From Bdellovibrionales bacterium (GTDB lineage Bacteria; Bdellovibrionota; Bdellovibrionia; Bdellovibrionales; UBA1609), in assembly GCA_965219095.1 (NCBI GenBank), contig OZ244719.1:448001-512000 (forward strand): a DNA stretch of 64,000 nucleotides, given 5' to 3'. Made by a program: the position numbers and the translations under genes. Below, piece after piece: positions 52,385 through 63,036 of the stretch (the stretch's first letter is position 1; each line of letters begins with the position of its first letter). The notes below the pieces were generated by a model. The model searched no databases. It had not been told where the DNA came from and saw nothing but the letters and a program-made list of their open reading frames with translations.

Positions 52385-52774
52385 TTATGGTAGTACACTC
52401 AAACTTTTCTCATGATTAATTTGCCAGTTGGAATTTGTCGAATCCCCGTTTCCTTCAGCACAAGCTATGAATTCATCACCTGCAGAGTTTAGCACACAGG
52501 TTGCCCCTATAATCTTAGCAACTACCGTAGCGGCAGTTGATGGGTGACATTTATCCGTACAAGCAGTTTCTTTAAATCCAACAGCGTAGTGGCGTGTTCC
52601 AGAAGGTTCCTCAAATCCTATATTAGCTAGGACGTCTGAATATTTATCACCTTCATAAAGGTAGGCTTTTTCTGCTGTATAAAGAGCCCCTAAGTTAGTT
52701 TTAGCTTCACTACTTCGTGCTTTTTTTCTAAACCCATCGAATGCAGGAATGGCAACTGCTGCAAGAATTCCTAT
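52385..52774 (-). CDS. pilA: Type IV pilin 3' cassette C6
   Basis: Conserved IGILAAVAIP start; related to but distinct from C1. Confidence 0.9.
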   Translation of the reverse strand: MGILAAVAIPAFDGFRKKARSSEAKTNLGALYTAEKAYLYEGDKYSDVLANIGFEEPSGTRHYAVGFKETACTDKCHPSTAATVVAKIIGATCVLNSAGDEFIACAEGNGDSTNSNWQINHEKSLSVLP

Positions 52775-53164
52775 AAATTGATTTGTAAACTTTTGTAAGT
52801 TTGCAGAATCACTAAAAAACAAAAAGAAAATAATAAATTAACCTACCCATCTATTCCCGAATGTTAAGACTTTTCCCCTACATTGAACCTAGTTGATCAC
52901 GACAAAATTCCGTACACGGACGCATATAAAAATCACGATAGTTCTAAAACAAACTTTAATTTCTTTTGTACTTACTTTTGAAAGCCAGGATTTAATTGTT
53001 GTATTATCTCTAGCGACATCCTTTCTGGTGCTTTTTTATCTGGTACTTTCTTATTTTCCTGTTACGTTACAGTAGGTTAGTGAGGGATATCGCAGTGAGG
53101 CCATTTGAAAGAAATTCTCTTAAAATCACTTGAAAAGAAAGTTTTTTTATATTATTATAATTGT

Positions 53165-53917
53165 ATGTCTTTAAAAAAACTCAATCATTCAATTCCTAAA
53201 GCTGTATGGGCTTCGATTCAAGCTGTTGCTAAAGAAACTCAAGAACTAGTAAAGTCTCAAAAAGAGAATGCCAAAGCTCAAAAAGAGACTGATCGCCAAC
53301 TCAAAGAATCTCAAAAAGAAATCGCTAAAGCTCAAAAAGAGACTGATCGCCAACTCAAAGAATCTCAAAAAGAAATCGCTAAAGCTCAAAAAGAAATCGC
53401 TAAAGCTCAAAAAGAGACTGATCGCCAACTCAAAGAATCTCAAAAAGATACTAATCAACGTATAGCACAACTCAACGAACTTTTCACAGGTCAATGGGGG
53501 AAGCTTATGGAAGCCTTTGTAAAAGGTGATTTAGTTAAACTTCTTCAAGAAAGGAACATCGATGTTAATGATATATGCTCTAATAGAGAGAAGACCTTTG
53601 AAGGTCAAAAATATGAGTTTGATATCATAGCCATTAATGGAAAAGAAACAGTAGCTGTGGAAGTAAAGACTACTTTACGGCTGAAAGACTTAACTTATTT
53701 TTTAAAAAAGTTAAAAACCTTTAAAAAGATGTTTCCTGAATATGAAGATAAGAAAATATACGGAGCTATGGCTTTTATAAAAGTGAATGAAGGAGCTGAT
53801 AGGAGAGCTGAAAAAGATGGTTTATTTGTGATTCAAGCTGTAGGAGATAGTGGAAGCATTATTAATGCCAAACACTTTAAACCAAAGATCTTTTGTAATA
53901 ACAATTCCAAAAAATAA
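53165..53917 (+). CDS. Coiled-coil plus PD-(D/E)XK-like protein (DUF3782-like), divergent C-terminal allele
   Basis: N-terminus as in 27249..28064; EFDIIAING..VEVK domain differs. Confidence 0.75.
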   Translation: MSLKKLNHSIPKAVWASIQAVAKETQELVKSQKENAKAQKETDRQLKESQKEIAKAQKETDRQLKESQKEIAKAQKEIAKAQKETDRQLKESQKDTNQRIAQLNELFTGQWGKLMEAFVKGDLVKLLQERNIDVNDICSNREKTFEGQKYEFDIIAINGKETVAVEVKTTLRLKDLTYFLKKLKTFKKMFPEYEDKKIYGAMAFIKVNEGADRRAEKDGLFVIQAVGDSGSIINAKHFKPKIFCNNNSKK

Positions 53918-54753
53918 TTCGATATTCTTTTGTAGCATAAGGTTCTGGAAGAGATCTCCAAAAGGCTTAAGTTAACAGTAAATCAGTTTCTTAACTGAGT
54001 TACAGCTTTCTAAGCTAACGTAAGGTGGCAGAAGGGGGTTAAGCTTATTACAAACGTCAAATTAAAAAAACAAATTCTTTTCTATGGAAAAAGCCTCAAA
54101 AGGTACAAACTCAGTTTCTTTTTGCTCCACTTAAATAAAACTCTTAAAAGGCTTATTTCAAAGCAAAGAAAAGTCCTCAAAATGTTCTTTTAGGATGGTT
54201 TCACTGAAGAACAAATAGGACGAAAGCTCAGCCACTCTTGAAGCACAATTAAAAACATAAAAGCTCAAGCATTCAAGTCACTTAGGAAGAATTTAGAGGT
54301 CAACATGGGGACACTGTCCCCATGTATAGGGGCAAAAGAAAATTTTTATGCTCCTTTTTCCAGTTATAAACCCAAGTTTAGAATCAAGATGGAAGAAGAA
54401 AATCAACGTCACTCTGATAAACCTCCAAAGGGTTTTTATAGTTTGTTTGAAGATTTAAAACAAGCTTTCACATCACTTTGACCGATCGTAAAGAGGGGAA
54501 GCTCCAATTTGAAAAGTTAAATGGAGCTTTTTTAAAAGATGTGAGTTGTGTCTAATCAAAGGGGTAAAAGTGTGTCTAGAATTGGACAAAACCAAAGAGA
54601 TGCCAAAGCTTAAAAGCACTTAAGATCATTTCATTTTTTCTTATTCAGAAAAAATGTTAAGAAAGTGTCTGACCTCCCTAAAAGCTTTTTTTCATTCTAT
54701 CTTAAGATTTTCTTATTGGGGACTATTTTCTGCTTTTAACTACTTATAAAAAA

Positions 54754-54943
54754 TGGCTCCTCCAGGGAATCTGTGGGTAAAAAGTAGTAGAAATCCCCCA
54801 AAAGAGCTCATATTAATCAAAGCAAGAGTAAGACATCCTGTCTTGTATTTTTGAGTTCTTTGAGGCCTTACTGACCTCTATCACCTCCGGTGATTGAACT
54901 CAAAAACATTCATTTTATTTGCTGTATTACATTAAAATCTTAA
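54754..54943 (+). mobile_element. Orphan ISL3 left end
   Basis: Near copy of 37424-37612 without a transposase. Confidence 0.75.
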
Positions 54944-55353
54944 AGAAAGAGAAGAAAAGGTGCGGAATGAAAAAATAAGAATCCTGAGGGTTCCTAGAAA
55001 GACCTTTTTTAAATTAAAAGAGCAGTTAGGTAATATAAAGTAAAGATATTGATCTGTTTTCTTTAAATTTCTCTAAAAACCAAGCTATTGTTTTCATATA
55101 TGCACATTTTTAAGAATCTGTTTGAAAGAAATACACACTTGAATGCTGTTTGAATGTTGCAGATCTGTTACAAATTTGCATATTTGTTACAAATGTAACA
55201 GATCTGTTACAAATGTATCGGATTCAGCAAATTTGTAACAAATATGCAACTTTTCAAAAAAAAACAAGAAAAACCTTTTTTTTCATTTAAAACTTTATTG
55301 TAGCAAAAGGTTTTATAAAAGAGTCCTTTTTATAAAACCAAAAAGAAAGGAGT

Positions 55354-56089
55354 ATGTATGAAGCAAAAAACAAAAAAAGAGTTCTTATGAAGATAGAAGC
55401 ACCTCAAAACCTTGTAAGCTTAAAAGCTCAAATCCAGACCCTTACTTCTCCAGAATTTAGAAACTCCTCTATACATGAAGAAAAAGAAATCGATCTCCTG
55501 GATGTTATGAAAAAAAATCAAATAGCCTATTTCCAGTTGAATTTAAACAGCTATGGTTTTTTAGGTAAGAAAATCGGTAAAATTCTAGTTCAAGATCTAA
55601 AGGTTATAAGCTCTCAGATTCAATCAGGACAAGTGGATTTTAAGCCTTTACTTTTAGGGGTCTTGATTGATGAATTTGGATCTTTTGCTACACCTGATTT
55701 TTCAGATTTTTTAAAGCAAGTAAGATCTGCTGGTACAGGAGTTCACTTATTTTGCCAAGGCTTAGCTGATTTAAATGTTGTAAGTCAGAGTTTTAGCAAT
55801 CAAGTGTTGGGAAGTGCGGCCACTAAAATCATACTTCGACAAGATGTGAAGAGGACTCTCGAAAAATGGGCTTTTACAGCTGTCACTAGGGGCACTGTAG
55901 GTAGGAGTTTTCAGGTCAGTGAACGCATTCTGGGGAACTTAAAAAAACAGGCTTAGGGAATCTTTTGGAGACCAAAAAAATGAAGATCGAACATGATGTT
56001 TTTAAGAGCTTAAAAGTAGGTCAGGCTGTACTCATTGATAAGATCAAAACCTCACAAGATTTGTTTCAAATTTTTAGCTTAAAGGAGTG
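55354..56089 (+). pseudogene. C-terminal part of coupling protein, frameshifted
   Basis: Copy of 31635-32370. Confidence 0.8.
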
Positions 56090-56155
56090 AGCTTTATGAG
56101 TAGTTTTAAAAAAATTCTGGAATTTTCTTATAGTGCTAAAAACATGTCTTGCATG

Positions 56156-56319
56156 CACCCCCTTTCCTTTTCCCTTTGTCTTTATACACCCAACTCTGCT
56201 AAAACCTTCGGTTTTCACCGTGACCACCCTCTCCCGCTCATACTTTTTTTAGTATGGGAGAGGGTGGTCACGGTACCACAGAGTTGGGTGTATAGATGTG
56301 GGAAGAGGAAAGGGGGGTG
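56156..56319. other. Long nested hairpin (small-element type)
   Basis: Copy of 32437-32600. Confidence 0.85.
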
Positions 56320-56640
56320 TGAGAGGAGGAAAAAATAGAGAAAATTTTTAGAACTTTTAAATTAAAAATTTTCTCTATCAGGTTAAAAAATTTTTGTTTT
56401 TTTAAGTTTAACTTGAGTTTTTTTAATGGCCGAGAAAGGAGTAAAAAAAAAGGTCAAAAAACAAATAACAAATCAATCATGAAAGGAGTAGCATAATGCA
56501 AAGCAAGAAAAGTAAAATTTACGACACTTTTTTGAGTGCGTAAATTCATCATATTCAGTGAGGAAAAGTCAGAGTTCTTAGAAGAAACCAAATGAGGAAG
56601 TTTTTTAAGCTTCTTCGCCATATTTTGAAAGGAGAAAAAA

Positions 56641-56898
56641 ATGGATAAAAAAGAATTGAAACCAATTAAAAAAGGTAGTAGTTTAGAGAACACTATTCGC
56701 CCTCAAAAAAAGGGCCTGTTCTTTGACAATTTAATAACCGTAGAGGAATTAGCCTTAGCGTTTGGGCTGTCTCCTAGAACGATTAAAAATTGGGTGAGTT
56801 TAAGACAAATCCCCTTTATTCAGTTCAGAAGAAGGACTTACTTTCTTAAAGACAGTATCCATAGATGGCTTCAACAAAAGGAGAAATCATGTCAATAA
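56641..56898 (+). CDS. Excisionase-like HTH protein
   Basis: Identical to 32922..33179. Confidence 0.85.
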   Translation: MDKKELKPIKKGSSLENTIRPQKKGLFFDNLITVEELALAFGLSPRTIKNWVSLRQIPFIQFRRRTYFLKDSIHRWLQQKEKSCQ

Positions 56899-58064
56899 CC
56901 AAACGTAAAAGGAAAAATAAAATAACATATCAAGCAGAAATTTATGTAAGAGGAATTCGTCTGAAAGCAAAAAGCTTTCAAACAAAAACAGAAGCCTGTA
57001 TATGGCACGATAAGGAAAAAAAACGTCTTCAAGAAGGAAGAGTTTCTCTTCAAGAAGAGTTAAGAGAACTTTTCTTTGAAGACTGTGTGAGAAGGTATCT
57101 TAAAGAGTATGTTCCTACTTTAAGAGATTCCAGTCAAAAGAAGATTCAACTTCTTTGCGAGAGGTTTTTTCTACAAAGTCCTTTAGCAAAAACAAAAATG
57201 TCAGATATAGACCATGTCAGTATTGACACTTGGATTGACTGGCTTTTTAGAAGCTTTAAAAACACTGTCAACCGCCATTCTTTTAGAATAGAGTTAAGGC
57301 GTCTTGGCTCTGTTCTTCACTGGTGGAGAAACTACCTTGATCCAAGCTTTAGCTTTCCTATTGTTCGTGGTCATAGAAATCGGTGTTATGTGAAGAAGCG
57401 AGAATCTAAGGTGAAAAGGCCAGATTACTTTGCTAAACCTGAAGAGGTGAGGGCTTGGCTTAACGAACTTAAGAAGATTCAAAACCCTGTTTATTACCGT
57501 TTAGCTCAGTTTATGATTTTAACAGGAGCGAGAGTAAGTGAAGCTTGTGGACTTATGTGGAGTGAAATTGATTTTAAGAATCGTTTTGCAAGAGTTGTTA
57601 GAACAGCTGACTGGTCTTCTGAAAAACCTCAAATTCTAGAAACCACAAAGACTAAGACTTCTGTAAGAGTTTTAACTCTTCCTGAAAAGCTCATAGAGCT
57701 TTTGTATGAAATGAAAGAGGAATCTAATAATCCTCTTGTGTTTTACTCTTCAGAAGGAAAAGTCGTTCCTTACACTACCATTCGTTGGGCCTTTGATAAG
57801 TCTTTTAAGACCTGCAATCTTCCTTGGAGAGGAACTCATATTTGTCGTCATACTTATGCCACAATGGCTTTAATGGCGACAAAAAGCCTCTCAGCTGTCC
57901 AAGCAAGTCTTGGGCATAAGGATCAAGCTATGACTCAAAGGTATGCAAAAGTGGTGGCTCTCATTAACTCGGATATGGCAGAAAAAACAGCTCAGATGTA
58001 TGAAATGAACTCTTTAGGTTCATCTCCATCACGACAGATCACGACGTCTTTACAGACAAAATGA
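56889..58064 (+). CDS. Tyrosine integrase (type C)
   Basis: Same protein as 33170..34345. Confidence 0.95.
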   Translation: MSITKRKRKNKITYQAEIYVRGIRLKAKSFQTKTEACIWHDKEKKRLQEGRVSLQEELRELFFEDCVRRYLKEYVPTLRDSSQKKIQLLCERFFLQSPLAKTKMSDIDHVSIDTWIDWLFRSFKNTVNRHSFRIELRRLGSVLHWWRNYLDPSFSFPIVRGHRNRCYVKKRESKVKRPDYFAKPEEVRAWLNELKKIQNPVYYRLAQFMILTGARVSEACGLMWSEIDFKNRFARVVRTADWSSEKPQILETTKTKTSVRVLTLPEKLIELLYEMKEESNNPLVFYSSEGKVVPYTTIRWAFDKSFKTCNLPWRGTHICRHTYATMALMATKSLSAVQASLGHKDQAMTQRYAKVVALINSDMAEKTAQMYEMNSLGSSPSRQITTSLQTK

Positions 58065-58282
58065 ACTTTAGGATCAAAAGGATACTGGTAGTTGAATTTT
58101 AAAATTTTTTAAAATTTAAAAAAAAGAATTCTAGCAGGAACACTTGGAATGAAAAACTCACGACGGAAATCACGACTTCTCACTAAAATAGCTAAGATAT
58201 CACTCATAAAGTAGAGCGTGAAAGAAGTTCTAGCAGTGGAAAGTTTAAGAGTTTTGAAGTAAAAAAAGACCTACTATAAATA

Positions 58283-58309
58283 AACCCCCCTTTTTCTAAA
58301 AAGGGGGTT
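58283..58309. terminator. Intrinsic terminator
   Basis: AACCCCCCTTTTT-loop-AAAAGGGGGTT. Confidence 0.75.
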
Positions 58310-58326
58310 CTAGAAAGGTTTTCAGA

Positions 58327-58770
58327 TTAAGTACAGTCAGCTCCTGCGCCATTTGATTTTAAAATTTTAAGATTATCCATCTGCCAATTTGTTCCAACAC
58401 TATCAAGCTTATTGCTTGTGTGATTTCCAAAAGCTCCAGCTTTGAAGGTTGTAGTTGTGTGTTCACATGCAGGTCCAGGAGCCCTTTTAGTGCCGGTAGC
58501 ATGAGTAGAGTCGTGTTTTGCAGCAGCAGCCGCTGTTGCTGGGCATGTTCCCACTACAGCACTCGCCTTAAATCCGATAGAAAAATATTGCGTTCCCTCG
58601 GGTTTTCCAAAACCTATCAAATCCAAGTTATTACAATAATCGCCTTGTTCATAAAAGTACGCTTTTTCTGCTGTATAAAGAGCCCCTAAGTTAGTTTTAG
58701 CTTCACCGTCTCGTGCTTTTTTTCTAAACCCATCGAATGCAGGAATGGCAACTGCTGCAAGAATTCCTAT
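58327..58770 (-). CDS. pilA: Type IV pilin 3' cassette C7 (only partly in the ORF track)
   Basis: Manual translation IGILAAVAIPAFDGFRKKARDGEAKTNLGALYTAEKAYFYEQGDYCNNL, in frame with ORF 58327..58626. Confidence 0.9.
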   Translation of the reverse strand: MGILAAVAIPAFDGFRKKARDGEAKTNLGALYTAEKAYFYEQGDYCNNLDLIGFGKPEGTQYFSIGFKASAVVGTCPATAAAAAKHDSTHATGTKRAPGPACEHTTTTFKAGAFGNHTSNKLDSVGTNWQMDNLKILKSNGAGADCT

Positions 58771-58772
58771 AA

Positions 58773-59269
58773 AAAGAAAGAGATGAAGTTTTCCTCAAAG
58801 AGGCAGTTATGAAAATGGGAAAGTTTATTTTTATTACAAATGAAAGGGGCTTAGATCGGAAGGATGTGTTATCGCTTTATCGCAGTAGAGATGGGATAGA
58901 AAGATTATTTAGATCTTTTAAGCACAATATTCTTGAAAAAAGGAGTAGGGTAAAATCAGAGGATGTCCCATTTCTCGGTGGAATTAGTTAGAGGGCGATT
59001 TCATGTTTAAGCGACCTTTCTTTGTTTTGCAACCATTTTTTCTAAGTTGTAATAGTCGCAACTTAATCTCTCACATAAACAATGTGATGAAAGAAAAGAA
59101 TCTGTACAAGAAATTTTCAAAAACAGAGGTCTATAAAATTTTAGATAAATTAAAGTTCTATAAATTGGCCACAGGACAAACAAGATTAGGAGAGTTGTCC
59201 GGTAAGCAAAAGAGCCTTTATAAAGCTTTTAATGTGACTCGGGAAATCCCACACAGCTTTAAGTTGTAA
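58773..59269 (+). pseudogene. IS1634-like transposase C-terminal fragment with an internal insertion
   Basis: GKFIFITN..VLSLYRSRDGIERLFRSFK; C-terminal GELSGKQKSLYKAF. Confidence 0.7.
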
Positions 59270-59342
59270 AATCCCCTCTGACTAATGCGACGCATTACGA
59301 GGGCCGAATAAAAACCTAGTACCAAAATCCACAGAATTCAGG

Positions 59343-59862
59343 AAGTTACAGTATGGGTCTGAATTTCATAAAAAATATCAATCTTTTTACGCTTCTCAAG
59401 GCTTTTTACCTCTGCTGTCTTTAAAAACATCCCACACTGAGAACACTCTGAGGGAGAGACAGTCTCCTCACTGTTTGTGTCTTTACTGTTATCAAGTCTA
59501 GAGCCCTTTTTTTGACTCCCACTAGCTTTCTTATTACGATTCCCTTGACGACTAAAATCTTGCGAAGGAGGAAGACCGCTGTTGCTGGAATTTTTTCAAA
59601 CCTGTTTTTCTAAAAACACAACAATCAGAATGTTCACAACCTTAAAGAGAGATTCAACAATCACAGAAATTTCAGTAGGCACAGAACCTTTCTTTGCAAA
59701 CTTATCAAAGTCACTTCTTATATTTTCAATCTCATTTCTGATGGAGGTCTTATTTATTGTCATTTGAAAAAAGTATTTAAAAGAAAATCTGTAAGAACAA
59801 GACTTTTATCTTAAAACAGGTCTAAAGTTAGGGATAACTGAACAATGTAGGTGAGCAGTTAC
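59343..59862 (-). mobile_element. IS66 5' fragment
   Basis: Reverse complement of ~29783-30302 including the terminal IR. Confidence 0.9.
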
Positions 59863-60019
59863 GAATCGGTATGCTGTTTTAATACATCTCCTCCCAATAA
59901 AGGTGCCTTTGGACCTCTTGATTCTCTTAAAGGCCTCACCTCCCAAGCACTTTTATTGCTGTTTCCTTGAAAGTAGGGAAACTTTCCTGAAACCTAGTAC
60001 CAAAATTAACAGATTTCAG

Positions 60020-60790
60020 GATACAATGGAAAAAGAACCATAAGTATCTCACCTTAGTCTATGAAATAAGCAAAGAAAGTGTTCGTTTGCTATGGATAGG
60101 AGAAAAAAGAACAGAAAAGAGTTTTAGGAAATTCTTTGATTTACTAGGAGAGAAGTCAAAAGAGATACGGTTTGTGTGCTCTGACATGTGGAAGCCTTAT
60201 TTAAAAGTCATAAAGGAAAGGGCAAGTCAAGCTTTGAATATATTAGATCGGTTTCATATCGTAGCAAGACTCAATAAGGCTTTAGACGAAGTGAGAGCTT
60301 CAGAACACAAAAAAATGAAAGAAGATGGGTATGAACCCCTTTTAACAAAATCTAGATGGCCCTTGTTAAAAAATGCAGAAAATTTAAAATCTTATGAAAA
60401 AGTAAAATTAAGGCATTTAATACAGTACAATTTAAAAAGTATCCGCTGTTATTTTTTAAAAGAAGACTTCCGACAGTTATGGACCTATGTTTCACCAACT
60501 TGGACTGGTAAATTTATAGACAGTTGGACGAGACGAGTCATGCTTTCAAAAATTGAACCTATGAAAAGAGAAGCAAAAACCATACGAAGACATAAGCTAC
60601 TTATTCTTAATTACTTCAAGGCTAAAAAAGCCTTCTCCTCAGGGATTGTAGAGGGTTTAAACAACAAAGTAAAACTCACTATGAGAAAATCTTACGGCTT
60701 TAGAACCTCTAAAGCTATAAAAATCGCCTTATATCATAACCTTGGAAAACTGCCAGAACCTCCGGAACCCACAGATTCTTTTGAGGAGGC
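60020..60790 (+). mobile_element. ISL3 3' fragment (transposase ORF 60087..60818) with right end
   Basis: Similar to 38160-38800; EGLNNKVK..SYGFR; ends ACCCACAGATTCTTTTGAGGAGGC. Confidence 0.85.
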
Positions 60791-60814
60791 AATTATTTTA
60801 ACTTTAGTGAAATT

Positions 60815-61051
60815 ATGACAGCTCAAGATAGGGATACCTCTTTAGCTGTCATGTCGGCTGTGATGAGTGAGTTCTCTCACCAGCTCTTAGAAAAAGAAGA
60901 TCATGACAAGCTCATTTTTATTGTGGATGAAACACCTTTTTTCATTCAACACTCTTTTGAGACTTTTAAACTTTTGAGTAAAAACGTAAGAAAGCTTGAA
61001 AAGGATAAAAATCTGGAGGAAAACATGGAATCTATTTTTAAAAACAAATGA
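60815..61051 (+). pseudogene. Possible VirB4/TraC-like ATPase fragment
   Basis: KLIFIVDETPFF..LSKNVRK, Walker B-like. Confidence 0.4.
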
Positions 61052-61123
61052 CTTTTTATCAAGACCTTAGAATAAAAACTAGACCTCAACTCAAAAAAAC
61101 GGAAAACTTAAACGGAAGCACTA
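61047..61123 (-). mobile_element. Orphan IS630 end at the right edge of the island
   Basis: Reverse complement of ~9581-9658. Confidence 0.75.
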
Positions 61124-61186
61124 TATGTGAAAATAATTGCAAAGAAATAAAAAGTGTTTAAAAACCTTATTTTTCACAAATCATAG

Positions 61187-62323
61187 CTAAAATTTAAGGT
61201 TAAAGACGTTACCTCTTTTAGAAAGAAAGAAGATTTTTTTTGAATCCAAAATCACTGGAGGAGAGACAAGCCCCTCTCCTGGATTCATAAAAGCTTTTAG
61301 TTTTCCGTCTTTTAAACTGAGAGCTTTGAGAGCACCTTGAAACTCCCCCACCCAAAGGTGCTTTTTTCCTATAACAGGAGCTAAAGCAATACCTTTTGTT
61401 TTGTAAGACCAGATAAGATCTCCTGATAGATTTAAAGCCACAACTTCTCCTCTAGAAGTCGAATGATAAATGAGTCCTTTTTGAGAGTCTAAGGTGACAG
61501 AAAAAGCACTCCCGTAAGGTTTTTTCCATAAAACTCTACCTGTTGAAATATTTAAACAGTATAAATAGCTGTCAAAATTAGATACAAAGACCTTAGAGCG
61601 AAATACTACAGGTGTTGCATCTACATCTAAAAGGGGAAGGGATTGATTTTCAGACTTTAAACTTTGAGACCATAACAAAATTCCATCAACAGCTCGATAA
61701 GCATTAATGATACCATTTTGAAAGCCCACAAGAAGTTTTCCCTTATAAAAAAAAGGTCTTCCTATACCTTTAACAGAAAGGTTATTTTCAATCCTCTCTG
61801 ATCTTTCCCATACTTTTTTTCCTGTTTTTTTATCAAGAGAGTATACTTCTCCTAAAGAAGTTTGAAAATAAACCCGTTTTTTAGTCACCCAAGGAGAACT
61901 TACAGAAGTACTTTTTGTTTTATAAGACCAGATCTTTTCTCCTGTATCTAAAGAAATTACATAAAAAACACCATCTCTTCCTCCTAAAAATACTCTTTTT
62001 TCACTAATAACAGGCTCTCCTTCAACCCCCCCTGAAATAGCAAATTCCCATACTTTTCTCCCTGTCTTTACTTCAAAGGCTAATAGCTTATTTGAACCAT
62101 TACTTACAACGAAGGTTTCTTTTTGAGGAGAAAAGCTAAGATAGGAAGAACCCACAATAATATGATACTTATCTATAGAGTTTATGTTTTGAACCCAGAG
62201 GGTTTGGAATTCAATTTCTTGAAATTCGAGAGCTTCGTATCCAGAAACTTTAAAGAAGTTTTTAAAAGAAGAACAACTTGTTAACAAGAAAGAACTCAAA
62301 AAGAAAAAAAAGATGAATTTCAT
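61187..62323 (-). CDS. bamB: BamB-like outer-membrane assembly lipoprotein (PQQ-like beta-propeller)
   Basis: Lipobox LTSC; repeated D..TG...W motifs; downstream of a YfgM-like gene. Confidence 0.75.
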   Translation of the reverse strand: MKFIFFFFLSSFLLTSCSSFKNFFKVSGYEALEFQEIEFQTLWVQNINSIDKYHIIVGSSYLSFSPQKETFVVSNGSNKLLAFEVKTGRKVWEFAISGGVEGEPVISEKRVFLGGRDGVFYVISLDTGEKIWSYKTKSTSVSSPWVTKKRVYFQTSLGEVYSLDKKTGKKVWERSERIENNLSVKGIGRPFFYKGKLLVGFQNGIINAYRAVDGILLWSQSLKSENQSLPLLDVDATPVVFRSKVFVSNFDSYLYCLNISTGRVLWKKPYGSAFSVTLDSQKGLIYHSTSRGEVVALNLSGDLIWSYKTKGIALAPVIGKKHLWVGEFQGALKALSLKDGKLKAFMNPGEGLVSPPVILDSKKIFFLSKRGNVFNLKF

Positions 62324-63036
62324 AAGGGTTTTTTAGATTTTAATAAAAACATTTTTAAATAAGCTTCTGCGTAAGATGACCAAGGGGCGTATTGTTTGTC
62401 TGTTTTAGAGAGCTTCAAAAGCTTTCTTAAAATTTGTTCTGATTTTTTTGTATCCCCTAGCTTCCAGTACAGGAACCCTTTCCTTAATAAAGCTTCGGGG
62501 TGAGAAAAAAAGAGTTGTTTTCTATTTAAAATGTGTTCGTATTGTAAAAGGGCTTTTTTGGTTTCCTTTCTATCTTCAAAAAGGCTTGCTTTAAAGAGAT
62601 AGAAAAGACTGTAAAGAAAGTTTTCTTCTGGAATATGTTTTATGGTTTTATCAATAAGCTCTAAGGCTTTTTGTTCTTGTTTGTAACGTCTTAGCATGGA
62701 AGCTAGATGCAAAACTCCTTGAAAGGTAGCATTTTGATCGGGGTAAGTTTCAAAAAGACGTTCCAGATTAGAGATATAGCTTTGGGATTCCTTTAACCAC
62801 TCTTTATCTGTAGGAGTTTTTTGAAAGGTTTTCTTTATATGATCTTTATGAGCTTTTTGGAGAAAATAAACTTTTTCGAAAACGTTTTTCTGAGCCTCTG
62901 TCTCTTTATACTGAAGACCATAAAAAAGAACACAAGACAATAAGATAAGAACAAAGATAATCACAATGTGAGTTCTATTTTGTTGTAAAAAATGAACTAG
63001 TTTATCTTCTAAAAGAACGTGTTTTTTTTCCGACAT
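62320..63036 (-). CDS. YfgM-like membrane-anchored TPR protein
   Basis: Single N-terminal TM, TPR-like helices, synteny with bamB. Confidence 0.7.
   Translation of the reverse strand: MSEKKHVLLEDKLVHFLQQNRTHIVIIFVLILLSCVLFYGLQYKETEAQKNVFEKVYFLQKAHKDHIKKTFQKTPTDKEWLKESQSYISNLERLFETYPDQNATFQGVLHLASMLRRYKQEQKALELIDKTIKHIPEENFLYSLFYLFKASLFEDRKETKKALLQYEHILNRKQLFFSHPEALLRKGFLYWKLGDTKKSEQILRKLLKLSKTDKQYAPWSSYAEAYLKMFLLKSKKPL

Larger units (their letters stand above)
35035..52776. mobile_element. Large pilin-targeting integrative element L6
   Basis: Minus-strand cores at 52776 and 35036; backbone 47119-52384 mirrors 1895-8570; distal arm 35035-35200 mirrors 20120-20285. Confidence 0.8.
52775..58772. 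mobile_element. Small pilin-targeting integrative element S7
   Basis: Minus-strand cores at 58772 and 52776; same int and xis as S5. Confidence 0.8.

Noticed and set aside
1479..58772. Integron cassette array
   Set aside because: No attC-like sites seen; most units have their own integrase and excisionase; the repeat is pilin coding sequence
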